64,000 nt of DNA from Sulfolobaceae archaeon (GCA_039793765.1 JBAMMP010000015.1:2300-66299); one strand, 5' to 3'. Positions 19,205-28,519 are shown, counted from the stretch's first letter. Numbers and translations are program-made. The notes: a model not told the origin generated them from the sequence alone.

Positions 19205-19909
19205 ATGAAGATCCCTCACGTCCTCATAAACTTCAAAGCCTACGAGAACTCCTTTGGGCCGAAGGCGGTCGAGCTAGCTAAAGGGTTGGACAGACTCAGT
19301 AAAGAGTACGGGGTCGAGATTTCTATCTCCGTACCGGCTACGATGATCTCGAGGATAGCAGAGGCGGTGGAAATTCCAGTTTACGCGCAACACGTGGACC
19401 CATTTCCGCTGGGAGCACACACGGGAAGCGTTCTCCCAGAAATGGTGAAGGAGGCGGGAGCGAGGGGAACCTTAGTGAACCACAGCGAGAAGAGGATTAG
19501 GCTAGACGAGATCGCCGAGGTCGTGTCAAGGTCTAGCAAACTGGGCCTGGACACGGTCGTTTGTGTGGACAGATACGAGCTCGTGCATCCGGTAGGTTTG
19601 CTGAAACCTACAGCGGTACTGATTGAGCCGCCCGAGCTTATCGGCACGGGCATAGCCGTATCCAAAGCCAAGCCAGAGGTCATAACGAACGCGGTGAAGG
19701 AGATCCGCAAGGTTGAGGGCGTTTACCTGCTAGCCGGCGCTGGAATAACCTCTGGTGAGGACGTCGAAGTGGCGATAAAGTTGGGCTCTGACGGGATAGG
19801 CGTGGCGAGCGCAGTAATGAAAGCGAAAGAACCGCTCAAGGTCGCGGAAGACCTCGTGAAAGGCGCGATCAGGGGCTTCGAGTCGAGGAGGTCAGGTCAA
19901 GGTCCCTAA
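19205..19909 (+). CDS. tpiA: Triosephosphate isomerase (archaeal type)
   Basis: 234 aa. Contains [15 protein letters not shown] and EPPELIGTG. Confidence 0.92.
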   Translation: MKIPHVLINFKAYENSFGPKAVELAKGLDRLSKEYGVEISISVPATMISRIAEAVEIPVYAQHVDPFPLGAHTGSVLPEMVKEAGARGTLVNHSEKRIRLDEIAEVVSRSSKLGLDTVVCVDRYELVHPVGLLKPTAVLIEPPELIGTGIAVSKAKPEVITNAVKEIRKVEGVYLLAGAGITSGEDVEVAIKLGSDGIGVASAVMKAKEPLKVAEDLVKGAIRGFESRRSGQGP

Positions 19910-20263
19910 AACCTTGACCACTAGTGTGTCCCCCCAGGCCCTCTTCGCCCTGTCTATGGCCTCTTCTCTCCCGAATTTCGCGTAGAGAACCGCCCCAGCG
20001 ATGTAAGCCGACATGAGGCCCGACTCTCCGCCAGTTTCTGCCTGAAATGAGTCCAGCCTAGCCACGTCGATGACTATTTTGTCTCCCTCAATCTTTGCGA
20101 TCCTACCGCCAGCGTCTCCCAGCACTATCTCCTCGCTTATTCCCATGTCCGACCTAAGTACGTTCCTCACACAATCCAAGCCCTTACACTCTTCTGGCCT
20201 CATCGCTGTGTAGTAAACGAAAACGGTAATATTTTTCGGATCAGACGAACAACCCCTCCTCAC
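19892..20263 (-). CDS. Hypothetical protein (123 aa; may start at internal Met 21)
   Basis: ORF only, with no motif recognised. Overlaps the tpiA 3' end by 18 nt. Confidence 0.4.
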   Translation of the reverse strand: MRRGCSSDPKNITVFVYYTAMRPEECKGLDCVRNVLRSDMGISEEIVLGDAGGRIAKIEGDKIVIDVARLDSFQAETGGESGLMSAYIAGAVLYAKFGREEAIDRAKRAWGDTLVVKVLGTLT

Positions 20264-20350
20264 TCTTCAGCTAAGGTTGGTCTCCTCATCTCCGAGGTTC
20301 ACCTAAGCAGGCTCCGTAATAAGTGTGCAGGAAGTAACGACACATCATCA

Positions 20351-21481
20351 ATGTTTAAAATCTATTTCCGGTTGGAAATATTGATGAATAGAAATATTTT
20401 GATCATTCTCCTCGTTGTAGTTGTTGTAGTAGTGGCAGTAGCTGGATATTTCGCGACTGTGGTACACGGCCCCTCGACATCAACCATGACGTCGCCGACC
20501 ACTACAACGACTTCGAAGTCCTCGAGCCCACCCTCTAACGTTCTGTTCATCTCGATCGCGGACGCTTACAAGCTGGAGGCCAACTCGCTCGGACAAGCTT
20601 TCCAACAGGCCACAGGGACTCAGTACCACGTGGCGTCTGGCGGCTCTTTCGCCGTTGCTAGACAAATAGAGTTGGGAACTCTCCCTACGACGGTGTTCAT
20701 GTCGGTCGCAGACTCCGCTTATCATCCAGAATACTTGGGGAATTACTCTCCCGGATGGGCAATCGGTTTGGCCACGGATCAACTCGTCATAGCTTACTCC
20801 AACAATAGCTTAAGCAACCCGATTGCGGCCAAAATCGTAAAACTCTTCCAAGAGGCCGAGCAGACTAACTCGAGCGCTCTCTTCGCGTACGCCTTCGGCA
20901 ACCTCACTTCGGGCCAGGTGAAGGTCGGCATCTCAAACCCCCTGACCGACCCGGCAGGCTTTAGGGCCTGGTTGTCACTCGAAATTGCCGGCTACCTTTA
21001 CGCGAATAACGAGAGCTACTACATGGATCGCATGCTTGCGAATCGGGGCAACGTGACGGCCTCAAACGCCGCCGAACTAGTTCCCGCCTTGACCAGTGGG
21101 AACATTCAGTTCCTGTTCATTTACAAGAGCGTCGCAATAGCCCAGCACTTGAACTACATCCAGTTACCGCCCCAGTTGAACTTCGGTGACCCACAGTACG
21201 CCAGCTTCTACAGGAATTTCACTTTCGTGGCTGGAGGACATACTTTCAAGGGAGGGCTAATTGTCCTATGGATATCCGTTCCACTCAATGCTAATAATGA
21301 AACCTTAGGACTACAGTTCGTTAACTTTACGCTCAACCACTTACAGATACTTGCGAGCTATGGGCTCTCTCCGCTACAAAAGCCTATACTGGAGATCTGG
21401 GTACCGCAGAGCCAGCTGCCGCCCTTAATTCAGCAGTTCATCCAGTCCGGTAGGTTCCAGGTAGTTAACGTGACTGCCTGA
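20351..21481 (+). CDS. Extracellular solute-binding protein (oxyanion, molybdate/tungstate/sulfate type suggested)
   Basis: 376 aa. A TM anchor (ILIILLVVVVVVVAVAGYF) is followed by a Thr/Ser-rich linker and then the SBP-like core (VASGGSF ... SNPLTDPAGFRA). The likely true start is the ATG at 20384. No permease or ATPase gene is adjacent. Confidence 0.6.
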   Translation: MFKIYFRLEILMNRNILIILLVVVVVVVAVAGYFATVVHGPSTSTMTSPTTTTTSKSSSPPSNVLFISIADAYKLEANSLGQAFQQATGTQYHVASGGSFAVARQIELGTLPTTVFMSVADSAYHPEYLGNYSPGWAIGLATDQLVIAYSNNSLSNPIAAKIVKLFQEAEQTNSSALFAYAFGNLTSGQVKVGISNPLTDPAGFRAWLSLEIAGYLYANNESYYMDRMLANRGNVTASNAAELVPALTSGNIQFLFIYKSVAIAQHLNYIQLPPQLNFGDPQYASFYRNFTFVAGGHTFKGGLIVLWISVPLNANNETLGLQFVNFTLNHLQILASYGLSPLQKPILEIWVPQSQLPPLIQQFIQSGRFQVVNVTA

Positions 21482-22649
21482 AGAGGAAGTAAAAGTTGTT
21501 GACATTAGTGAAGGTAAAGCCAGTTTTTATTGTCCTGTCGTACTTCTCCAAGAGCCCGTAGCTGTCGTGGTTCTCGAGGGCTTCCAATACTTCACCTCTT
21601 TCCAGGTCGAGGTCGTCCACGTAGCACCCAGCGTACTCGCTGTTCCCGTCTGATCCGTCCGACGCTATGGCGACTAGAGTGAACCCCTTAGCCCTCGAGT
21701 TCAAGTAATAACCGAGGCAAACCTCACCGTTCCTTCCGCCCTTACCGACCTTACCGCTCAACTTCACTTCAGGCTCTCCGGCCATCGCAACCCTTTCAAT
21801 GCCGGTTCTCTCTGAAGAGTTCGCGATAGAGGCGAGGATCGCGCCCAAACTCGTTGCCTCGCCCTTCGCCTCGCCCGTCAGGATTAACCAATCGTTGAAC
21901 CCCTCCTTCAGGACGTCTAGGGCGTCGAAGAGGAGGTAGAACTTGGAGTTGGGCAAACTTTTCGGAGTCTCCCTTAGGAAGCGAACGTACTTCGTAAGGC
22001 CGACCCTCTCCATAATTTCCTCGGCCTGTTCCACCGTACTTGTGTCGGGCACAGTTGGGCCACTCCCTATTGAGGAAGGGTCATTGCCTGGTACGTCGCT
22101 AACGGCCAAAGTCAGGACTTTAGCCTTAGACAACCTCGCTAGCTGACCTCCTTTCAAATGGGAAAGGTGCTTCCTGACAACGTTAATTTCGTTGATCGAA
22201 AGCCCCGAGCCTACCAGGACCCTGTTGATCTCCCTCAACTCTTCGAGTGTCAAATCCGACTTCTCCATCAGGGCCGAAGCGCCCCCAGACACTAGGAAAA
22301 GGACTAAGTCGTAGTCCTCCCTAGCAAGTGCCTCCTCGACCACATCACCAGCCTTTAGAGAGCCCGCTCCCGGCAATGGGTGCTCGGCCACCAGGACTTC
22401 TGCGTCCAGCTCTGCTGACACAGGGGTGACGACGATCGCCCTTATAGGCTTAATCCTCTCTAGGAAGTACTCCGCCATGGGGACTGAGGCCTTGCCAACG
22501 GATATGAGTAAGGGCCTTTTGGTTAAGTACCTCTCGCCGTTGACACTGACCTCCCCGTTCTGAACCCTGACCTTCTTCGCCAACCAGTACTTAGGGTCGC
22601 TCAGCCTCAGGACTTTAGAAACCAGGTCACTTATCGTGTTTCCCTTCAT
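21465..22649 (-). CDS. Glycerate 2-kinase (MOFRL / DUF4147 family)
   Basis: 394 aa. Contains LISVGKASVPMA and MAGEPEVKLSGKVGKGGRNGE, both typical of the family. Confidence 0.8.
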   Translation of the reverse strand: MKGNTISDLVSKVLRLSDPKYWLAKKVRVQNGEVSVNGERYLTKRPLLISVGKASVPMAEYFLERIKPIRAIVVTPVSAELDAEVLVAEHPLPGAGSLKAGDVVEEALAREDYDLVLFLVSGGASALMEKSDLTLEELREINRVLVGSGLSINEINVVRKHLSHLKGGQLARLSKAKVLTLAVSDVPGNDPSSIGSGPTVPDTSTVEQAEEIMERVGLTKYVRFLRETPKSLPNSKFYLLFDALDVLKEGFNDWLILTGEAKGEATSLGAILASIANSSERTGIERVAMAGEPEVKLSGKVGKGGRNGEVCLGYYLNSRAKGFTLVAIASDGSDGNSEYAGCYVDDLDLERGEVLEALENHDSYGLLEKYDRTIKTGFTFTNVNNFYFLFRQSR

Positions 22650-22908
22650 CCCTCATCTCCTTGTACAGAGAAGAAGCGACCCTCCGCCCCTCTTTAGTGA
22701 GGTCGTAGTATATCCCTGAAGGCTTGTGATCCATCTCCCTGGCCTTCACTTTTAGCCACGGCTTTATCGAAGAGGTCACTTCCCTCTTTAGGCTTCCCTT
22801 AAATCGGGTCAGCAGGCCCAACTCCTCAAGCCTCTGGCAGGCCCTTTCTATTTCAATCTCGTCGTATTTAGGGGCCCAACCAAAATCCCCAAGAAGCCTC
22901 CTAGCCAT
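22627..22908 (-). CDS. Small winged-helix protein (hypothetical); N-terminus uncertain
   Basis: 93 aa from the first ATG. The frame is open 26 codons further upstream and encodes a helix-like LEKKILVHIFKYGPDNPWY, with no ATG, GTG or TTG in that stretch. Confidence 0.55.
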   Translation of the reverse strand: MARRLLGDFGWAPKYDEIEIERACQRLEELGLLTRFKGSLKREVTSSIKPWLKVKAREMDHKPSGIYYDLTKEGRRVASSLYKEMRDEGKHDK

Positions 22909-22966
22909 GTACCAGGGGTTGTCCGGCCCGTACTTGAAGATGTGGACTAAGATCTTCTTCTCCAGG

Positions 22967-23641
22967 TCACTCAGCTCCGTGTAACATCACCTGCTCCGCG
23001 AAGGCATCGTCGAGTTCGTAGGTCGCGCCGTTGATCTTAACCACGTTCTTTCCGAGGACTTCGAGCTCGATCCCAGGCTTGATGCCCAATTCCAATGCCT
23101 TCCTTAGGATCCACTCCTCTTCCCTGATTATCATGAGGACCTTGTACTTCCCGGGCTTGGCGTTGACGAGCTTCACCCCCTCGACTTTCTTCCCCCTTCC
23201 TGGGATCGGGTGGCCGTGGGGACAAGTCTCAGGCCTCCCTAGTACCTCGTCGAGCCTCTCGAGAACGTCGTCGGGCCACACGTGCTCCAGCCTGTGAGCT
23301 ATCTCGTGGGCCCTAACCCAGTCCAGGCCTAATATGTCGGTGAGGAGCCTCTCCGATAGCCTGTGGGACCTTATCAGCCTCTCCGCGATTTGCCTGCCTT
23401 CCTCGGTCAGCTTGATCTTCCTGTCCTTGGTCCTCGTTATGAGGCCCATTCTTTCCAGCTTGGATAAGGCAGAACTTATAGTACCGGGGCTTACCTTGAA
23501 GACCAGGATGAGATCGGAGGCCCTGGCGTGGCCCTTCAGCTCTTCCAGCTCGTAGATCTCCTTAAGGTAGTTCTCGAGGGGCTCGGAGATCTCCGCCAAA
23601 GCTATTATACGATGAGTTCCACAGGTAATAACTGATACCAA
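22967..23641 (-). CDS. DtxR-family metal-dependent repressor with C-terminal FeoA/SH3-like domain
   Basis: 224 aa. Contains [12 protein letters not shown], a w[25 protein letters not shown] and a C-terminal FeoA-like domain. An alternative TTG start is at 23599. Confidence 0.88.
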   Translation of the reverse strand: MVSVITCGTHRIIALAEISEPLENYLKEIYELEELKGHARASDLILVFKVSPGTISSALSKLERMGLITRTKDRKIKLTEEGRQIAERLIRSHRLSERLLTDILGLDWVRAHEIAHRLEHVWPDDVLERLDEVLGRPETCPHGHPIPGRGKKVEGVKLVNAKPGKYKVLMIIREEEWILRKALELGIKPGIELEVLGKNVVKINGATYELDDAFAEQVMLHGAE

Positions 23642-24066
23642 TGTATAAGGTCAGGATCAAGCTGGAGAACCCCAACAGGGCGGGCAACTCGCTCAGCGAC
23701 CTGAAGAAGGTGGGGCTCATACCCGTATTCTTCACCGTCTCGGGAGATTACGAGCTCTACGAGGCAGTTGCGCCCTTCAAGTCCGTCTCAGACGTGAAGG
23801 AGGCCCTGGTCGACCTGGCCTATTTGGCGAGCAAGAAGGGCAAGAGGAGCGACTCGAAATACGCCATCATTTATGAGGTGAAGAACCTCGATCTAGGAAT
23901 CGCGCTGGGAGCTACATTAGGAGCCTTAGGAGGGTTCGCGGTAGGCAAGATCCTCGGAGGAGTACTAGGGGCTTTGGGAGGAGCCGTGGCGGGCGCCATC
24001 GCTTCGAGCCTCCTGGGAGAACAGCCGGTCGAAGTGGTGCAGTGGCCGATCGCCGTTAACTCTTGA
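23641..24066 (+). CDS. Hypothetical protein with C-terminal glycine-zipper membrane segment
   Basis: 141 aa. A soluble N-terminal domain is followed by [42 protein letters not shown]. It is divergent from the DtxR gene. Confidence 0.5.
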   Translation: MYKVRIKLENPNRAGNSLSDLKKVGLIPVFFTVSGDYELYEAVAPFKSVSDVKEALVDLAYLASKKGKRSDSKYAIIYEVKNLDLGIALGATLGALGGFAVGKILGGVLGALGGAVAGAIASSLLGEQPVEVVQWPIAVNS

Positions 24067-24161
24067 TGCTTTCAAAAAGAGCTAGGGTTCGCTTATTTGG
24101 GTACGAAATACGACCCTTTCAAACGCCGGGTTAGGAAGTATTACAACTCTTGATCTAGCCA

Positions 24162-24866
24162 TCATTTCTTGGCTATCTCGAAATACGACCAAGCCCCCAT
24201 CTTCTTCGCGCTCTTGACATCAAAATAGGTGGACAAGGAGCCCAGGTAGTAGTCGTAGCTCCTCAGCTTGAGTCCCCACCACTTAGCGAGTGCTCTATCT
24301 ATGAAATTATTGTCGCTCATGACTATGATCACTCCCCTACCGTTCGGCTTCAGAACCCTGGCGATCTCCTTAATCGCTTGGATGGGGTCGTTGAGCATGT
24401 GTATGACAAAGAGGGAGCTGACTGAATCGAACGCGTTGTCGCTGAACGGCAAATTCCTCGCGTCTCCCCTCACGACTAATACGTTCGGCCTCTTCCTCTT
24501 CAAGTACCTGAGGAACTTCAAGGAGATGTCGAGACCCACGCAAGTTTTACATTTAGCGAAGTCGAAGAGCTTACCGCTACCTGTCCCTACGTCTAGGTGC
24601 TTCTCCCCCATAACGGAGGCCGCACTTTTCATAATTGAAGAGTAAGTCGTGCCGGCGGTCAAAGTCAAGCCTAAGGGGGCCCAGACTGTCTCGTAGAAAG
24701 GCGCGACCTTCTCGAGAACGTCGTGCGTCTCAACGTCCTTCATTAGGAAGTCCACTATCCCCTCTTCCTCCTTGAACTCGTGGCCTTTCTCGCACTTCCA
24801 CTTGGCGACTATTCTCGACCCGTCTATGGGGCACCTGAACAGACCCACTACGTCTTCAGAGCTCAA
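24162..24866 (-). CDS. Class I SAM-dependent methyltransferase with N-terminal Trm112-like zinc ribbon
   Basis: 234 aa. Contains FRCPIDGSRIVAKWKCEKGHEF and motif I LDVGTGSGKL. ATGA-type 4-nt overlap with mobB. Confidence 0.85.
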   Translation of the reverse strand: MSSEDVVGLFRCPIDGSRIVAKWKCEKGHEFKEEEGIVDFLMKDVETHDVLEKVAPFYETVWAPLGLTLTAGTTYSSIMKSAASVMGEKHLDVGTGSGKLFDFAKCKTCVGLDISLKFLRYLKRKRPNVLVVRGDARNLPFSDNAFDSVSSLFVIHMLNDPIQAIKEIARVLKPNGRGVIIVMSDNNFIDRALAKWWGLKLRSYDYYLGSLSTYFDVKSAKKMGAWSYFEIAKK

Positions 24867-25297
24867 CCCTGTTCCAGGAGTCTTATCACGTCACTCAAAT
24901 AACTCTTCGACTCAAGCGTTTTCGACAGGCAAGATTCTATGGCAATCAACATCTCCTCGGCTTTTACGCCAATTTCTTGAGGCGAAGTTATCTCGACCCT
25001 TATGGGGGCCTCGAAGTCCTTGAACCCCTCCAACAGGATCACGTCCACCTCGAGGCAGCTGATAAACGAGGGATCGACGAAGAAGCCCGTTAGGCCCTTA
25101 GGATCCTTGAAGATCACGACGTCGCTGCCCGACTCCCGGAGCCTGTAAGTGTCCTTACCTTGCAGGTCGATAACGTGGTGGGAGTGCTTTATCACAGCTA
25201 CTCTAAATCCTCTGTCCTTCAGGGCCCTTACCACCTTCTCGAGCACTGCAGTCTTGCCCGTGTCCTTCCCGCCTACAATTTGGGCCACACACGCCAT
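24863..25297 (-). CDS. mobB: Molybdopterin-guanine dinucleotide biosynthesis adapter protein MobB
   Basis: 144 aa. Contains IVGGKDTGKTAVLEKVV ... VAVIKHSHH. Confidence 0.88.
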   Translation of the reverse strand: MACVAQIVGGKDTGKTAVLEKVVRALKDRGFRVAVIKHSHHVIDLQGKDTYRLRESGSDVVIFKDPKGLTGFFVDPSFISCLEVDVILLEGFKDFEAPIRVEITSPQEIGVKAEEMLIAIESCLSKTLESKSYLSDVIRLLEQG

Positions 25298-25337
25298 TAG
25301 TCAAGTCAAATATAGTACGAGGGAAACATTTTCAGCT

Positions 25338-26501
25338 ATGCTAATACCGATAGAGGAAGCTCACGCCCTAATAGAGAAATCCTTCGCCAAGTCCAGCAAC
25401 GTAAAGAGCGTCAAGGTTTGGGAGGCCTTGGGTAAGGTAGTAGCGACGGACTTAGTTTCTCCCACAGACGTCCCGGAAAGGCCCCTGTCCGCCATGGACG
25501 GTTACGCCGTGAGGGCTTCAGACTTAGAGAAGTTCCCCAAGCTTAGGGTAGTGGGCAAGAGCTTTCCTTCCTCTGACACCGCGCAGGAGTTGAAAGAAGG
25601 GGAGGCGATCTACGTTACGACTGGCTCTCCTGTTCCGTTAGGAGCGGACGCTGTCGTAAGGGTTGAGGCCGTGAGGCTGGAGGGCGACTTCGTCACTACC
25701 AGCGTGAGGCCAAAGCCTGGACAGGACATAAGGCCACAGGGAGAGGACTTCAGGCGAGGGGAAACGTTAGTTAAGGCTGGGACTCTCCTGAACGAGAGGC
25801 AGTTGGCCCTCTTATTGAGGGCTGGAGTCGAGGAGGTTTCGGTGCTTGACGTTAAGTCGTGCGTCTTCGCCACTGGAGACGAGATTTCCCCGTTTTATCG
25901 CAGCGAGCCAGGCAGGATCAGGGACTCGATTGCCCCTACTATCCTGGCGTACTTGAACCGCTTCGGGAAGGCCGAATACTTAGGAGTCGTGAGGGACGAT
26001 CAAAGGGAAGTAGAGTCCGCGATTTCGAAAGCCGCGAACGAGTGCGACTTGATCGTGTCGATCGGCGGGTCGTCAATGGGCGAAAGGGACTACGTAAAGA
26101 AGGCGGTCTCGAAGCTAGGAGAACTGCTGTTCGAAGGGGTTAACGTGAACGTAATAAAAAGGTGTGGCGTGGGAAAAGTCGGCGATAAGCCCTTCGTGGC
26201 CCTCCCTGGGCAAGTCGTGTCCGCAGTTACCTCATTCCACGAGTTCGGCCTCCACGTCATCGAAAAGTTTACGGGACTCCCAATAAGGAGAACCAGGAAA
26301 GTCGCGTTAGGCAACGAAGTGAGCGTTAAGCACAGCATGGACTCAACCTACTTGGTGAAGGTCGAGGACGGCAGAGCTACCACTCTGCGTTGGGGGGTCG
26401 GGCTCTACAGCGAGCTGGCGAAAGCCGACGGGTACACAATCCTCAAAAGAGGCGTCACATATAAGCAGGGCGACCTCATTGACGTCTCGTTCTTCTTATA
26501 G
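25338..26501 (+). CDS. moeA: Molybdopterin molybdenumtransferase MoeA
   Basis: I place the start at the ATG at 25338 (MLIPIEEAHALIEK). Contains SAMDGYAV, VTTGSPVP and SIGGSSMGERDY. The track ORF 25149..26501 only adds an N-terminal extension that is antisense to mobB. Confidence 0.9.
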   Translation: MLIPIEEAHALIEKSFAKSSNVKSVKVWEALGKVVATDLVSPTDVPERPLSAMDGYAVRASDLEKFPKLRVVGKSFPSSDTAQELKEGEAIYVTTGSPVPLGADAVVRVEAVRLEGDFVTTSVRPKPGQDIRPQGEDFRRGETLVKAGTLLNERQLALLLRAGVEEVSVLDVKSCVFATGDEISPFYRSEPGRIRDSIAPTILAYLNRFGKAEYLGVVRDDQREVESAISKAANECDLIVSIGGSSMGERDYVKKAVSKLGELLFEGVNVNVIKRCGVGKVGDKPFVALPGQVVSAVTSFHEFGLHVIEKFTGLPIRRTRKVALGNEVSVKHSMDSTYLVKVEDGRATTLRWGVGLYSELAKADGYTILKRGVTYKQGDLIDVSFFL

Positions 26502-27027
26502 GGTTGTAATACTCGCGGGAGGTAAGTCAGTAAGGTTCGGCGTCGACAAGTGTTCGTTCGAGTGGAACGGCCTTAGCTCTCTCGCGAGGTTGATGAAGGA
26601 GTTCGAGAGTATGGAGGTCGTTATCCTCACCGACAGACCCAGAGGCTTTCCCAACGAACTGCTGGACAGGGAACTGAAGGGTCCATACGTGGCCGTTAGG
26701 TACGCAGTCAAGGAGCTAAGGTTGGACGGTAAACTGTTCGTTGTAGGTTGTGACTACCCTTTCGCGAACCGTCGCCTTAGCGACGTCCTTTGCGAATTCG
26801 AGGCGAATGCCGTCGTTCCGGTCGTGAACGGAGTTCCGCAGTACCTAATCGCGTGTTACAGTTCGAGTGTCTTCAAAGAAGGGTGTTACAGTTTCGCCGG
26901 GTGTATCGAGAACCCCTACCTGATAGATGCTAGGAGCTTAGGTTATTACGGAGTTCCAACCTACAGCTTCCTGACAGCCAACCGAGTGAACGACCTGATT
27001 CTGTCGCCTTCTATACATAGAGAATAA
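26479..27027 (+). CDS. mobA: Molybdenum cofactor guanylyltransferase MobA-like
   Basis: 182 aa. Contains VVILAGGKSVRFGVDK and the later GCDYPF. Confidence 0.75.
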   Translation: MTSRSSYRVVILAGGKSVRFGVDKCSFEWNGLSSLARLMKEFESMEVVILTDRPRGFPNELLDRELKGPYVAVRYAVKELRLDGKLFVVGCDYPFANRRLSDVLCEFEANAVVPVVNGVPQYLIACYSSSVFKEGCYSFAGCIENPYLIDARSLGYYGVPTYSFLTANRVNDLILSPSIHRE

Positions 27028-27251
27028 GGGACATGGCGGAAAGCAACCCTCAGTATTACCCCTTCTTTAGATAGAGAATGGTTGAATAATGTATGTTAAT
27101 CAGCATATTACAATAACATTTGCTCATTCTTAAAGCGTAGCTTTTCAAAAACCATTTATTCGTGACGTTTTTAAATTACGTAACCATTCAACATTGTTTC
27201 TTCACCGAATTCTTTTTACGGCTATTTACAATATTCTATATACGATAAAAA

Positions 27252-27311
27252 ATGGCCAAGAAGAAGGAGCAGAAGCAGCAGCAACAGCAGGCCCAGCAGA
27301 AGAAGAAGTAA
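27252..27311 (+). CDS. Candidate 19-aa Lys/Gln-rich micro-ORF (MAKKKEQKQQQQQAQQKKK)
   Basis: My own reading: an ATG-to-TAA ORF in an otherwise gene-free AT-rich spacer of about 320 nt. TATA-like tatttaca is centred about 25 nt upstream. It is too short to appear in the ORF track. Confidence 0.25.
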   Translation: MAKKKEQKQQQQQAQQKKK

Positions 27312-27350
27312 CTCTAACTTGGTTTTGGCATTAATAAAGGTAACTCTTTT

Positions 27351-27854
27351 TTGACGGCGAAACGTTCTTTTCCTGGGCCTTCTGTGCTGAGGACTCCCTT
27401 CGTCCCGACGCCGTACGAGACCGGCCTCGAGCTACTCAAGTGCTTAGACGTAACCAAAGACGACGTGGTAGTTGACCTCGGCTCTGGCGACGGACGGATT
27501 CCGTTCTTAGCCGTCAGCGAGATGAACGCAAGGGCGGGAGTCGGCATAGAGATAGACGAAAGGCTTTGCAAGGAGAGCTACACCAAACTGGGAGACCGCA
27601 TAGAGATCATATGTGGCGACCTGTATTTCGTTCTTCCAGGGATAATTAAGAGGGCTACAGTCATCACGGCTTACCTCACTCCCATGCTGGTCGAAGAGCT
27701 CGAAAAGGCGCTGGTTCAGCTTCAAGCGAGGAACCTAAGGATAGGATTGCACGACTTCCCTTTCACCAACATTAAGCCCTCCAGGGTCACGAAAGCCGTA
27801 GCACAAGGCATCCTGTGGCCTATAGAATCCACTCTTTACTGTTATGAGCTATGA
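27351..27854 (+). CDS. Small class I SAM-dependent methyltransferase (resembles the crenarchaeal protein-lysine methyltransferase aKMT)
   Basis: 167 aa. Contains FVPTPYE near the N-terminus and motif I VVDLGSGDGRI. The likely true start is the GTG at 27384 (MLRTPFVPTPYE). Confidence 0.75.
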   Translation: MTAKRSFPGPSVLRTPFVPTPYETGLELLKCLDVTKDDVVVDLGSGDGRIPFLAVSEMNARAGVGIEIDERLCKESYTKLGDRIEIICGDLYFVLPGIIKRATVITAYLTPMLVEELEKALVQLQARNLRIGLHDFPFTNIKPSRVTKAVAQGILWPIESTLYCYEL

Positions 27855-28519
27855 AGGTCTGCGCGTTGTATTCTGGAGGGAAGGACAGCACCTACGCAAT
27901 ACACTGGGCAGTACTACACGGCTTCGAGGTAATCAGGACTATCACGCTGGTTCCACTCGACAGGGAGTCGTGGATGTTCCAGGTCCCCAACGTGGCCTGG
28001 GCGCCTTTGGCGAGCGAGGCCATGGAAATCGAATCTATGGTATTCTTCACGAGTGGACTCAAGGACAAGGAGCTGGACGACTTAAGAAGGGCGTTCAAGA
28101 CCTGCAAGGCCTTGGGGGCTCAGGGAATAGTGAGCGGAGCGCTCTTGAGCGATTACCAAAGGATGAACATTGCGGTGGTGGCTGAGGACGTAGGCCTAAA
28201 GACCTATTCCCCCCTTTGGAGGAAGGACCAAGCGAAGTACATGGAAGAGTTGGTCGACGAGGGATTCGAGATACTCATTACTTCCGCCTCAGCTTACGGG
28301 TTTCCGTTCGAACTAGTTGGGAAAGTCCTGGATCACGAAGGGGTGAGGAAGGTGATAGAGGCTTCGAAGAGGTTCGGCTTTAACCCAGCCTTCGAGGGCG
28401 GAGAGGCAGAAACTTTCGTGGTCTACGCCCCACTATTCAAGAGGAGACTGAACGTGGAGGGAGAGAAGAAGAGGTTGGGTGAGTACGAGTGGGTCTACGC
28501 GATAAGACGTATACTCTGA
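27851..28519 (+). CDS. PP-loop ATPase, diphthine-ammonia ligase (Dph6/MJ0570 family)
   Basis: 222 aa. Contains MKVCALYSGGKDSTYA (the SGGKDS PP-loop). ATGA overlap with the upstream methyltransferase. Confidence 0.82.
   Translation: MKVCALYSGGKDSTYAIHWAVLHGFEVIRTITLVPLDRESWMFQVPNVAWAPLASEAMEIESMVFFTSGLKDKELDDLRRAFKTCKALGAQGIVSGALLSDYQRMNIAVVAEDVGLKTYSPLWRKDQAKYMEELVDEGFEILITSASAYGFPFELVGKVLDHEGVRKVIEASKRFGFNPAFEGGEAETFVVYAPLFKRRLNVEGEKKRLGEYEWVYAIRRIL

Noticed and set aside
25149-25337. N-terminal 63-codon extension of the MoeA ORF given in the track.
   Set aside because: The extension is antisense to mobB and has no similarity to MoeA. The canonical MoeA N-terminus begins at the ATG at 25338, with a TATA-like box upstream.
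27028-27250. The AT-rich spacer as a replication origin.
   Set aside because: I found no ORB or mini-ORB-like repeated elements and no adjacent orc1/cdc6 or whiP gene. There is only a weak 8-nt inverted repeat (gaatggtt) about 110 nt apart.
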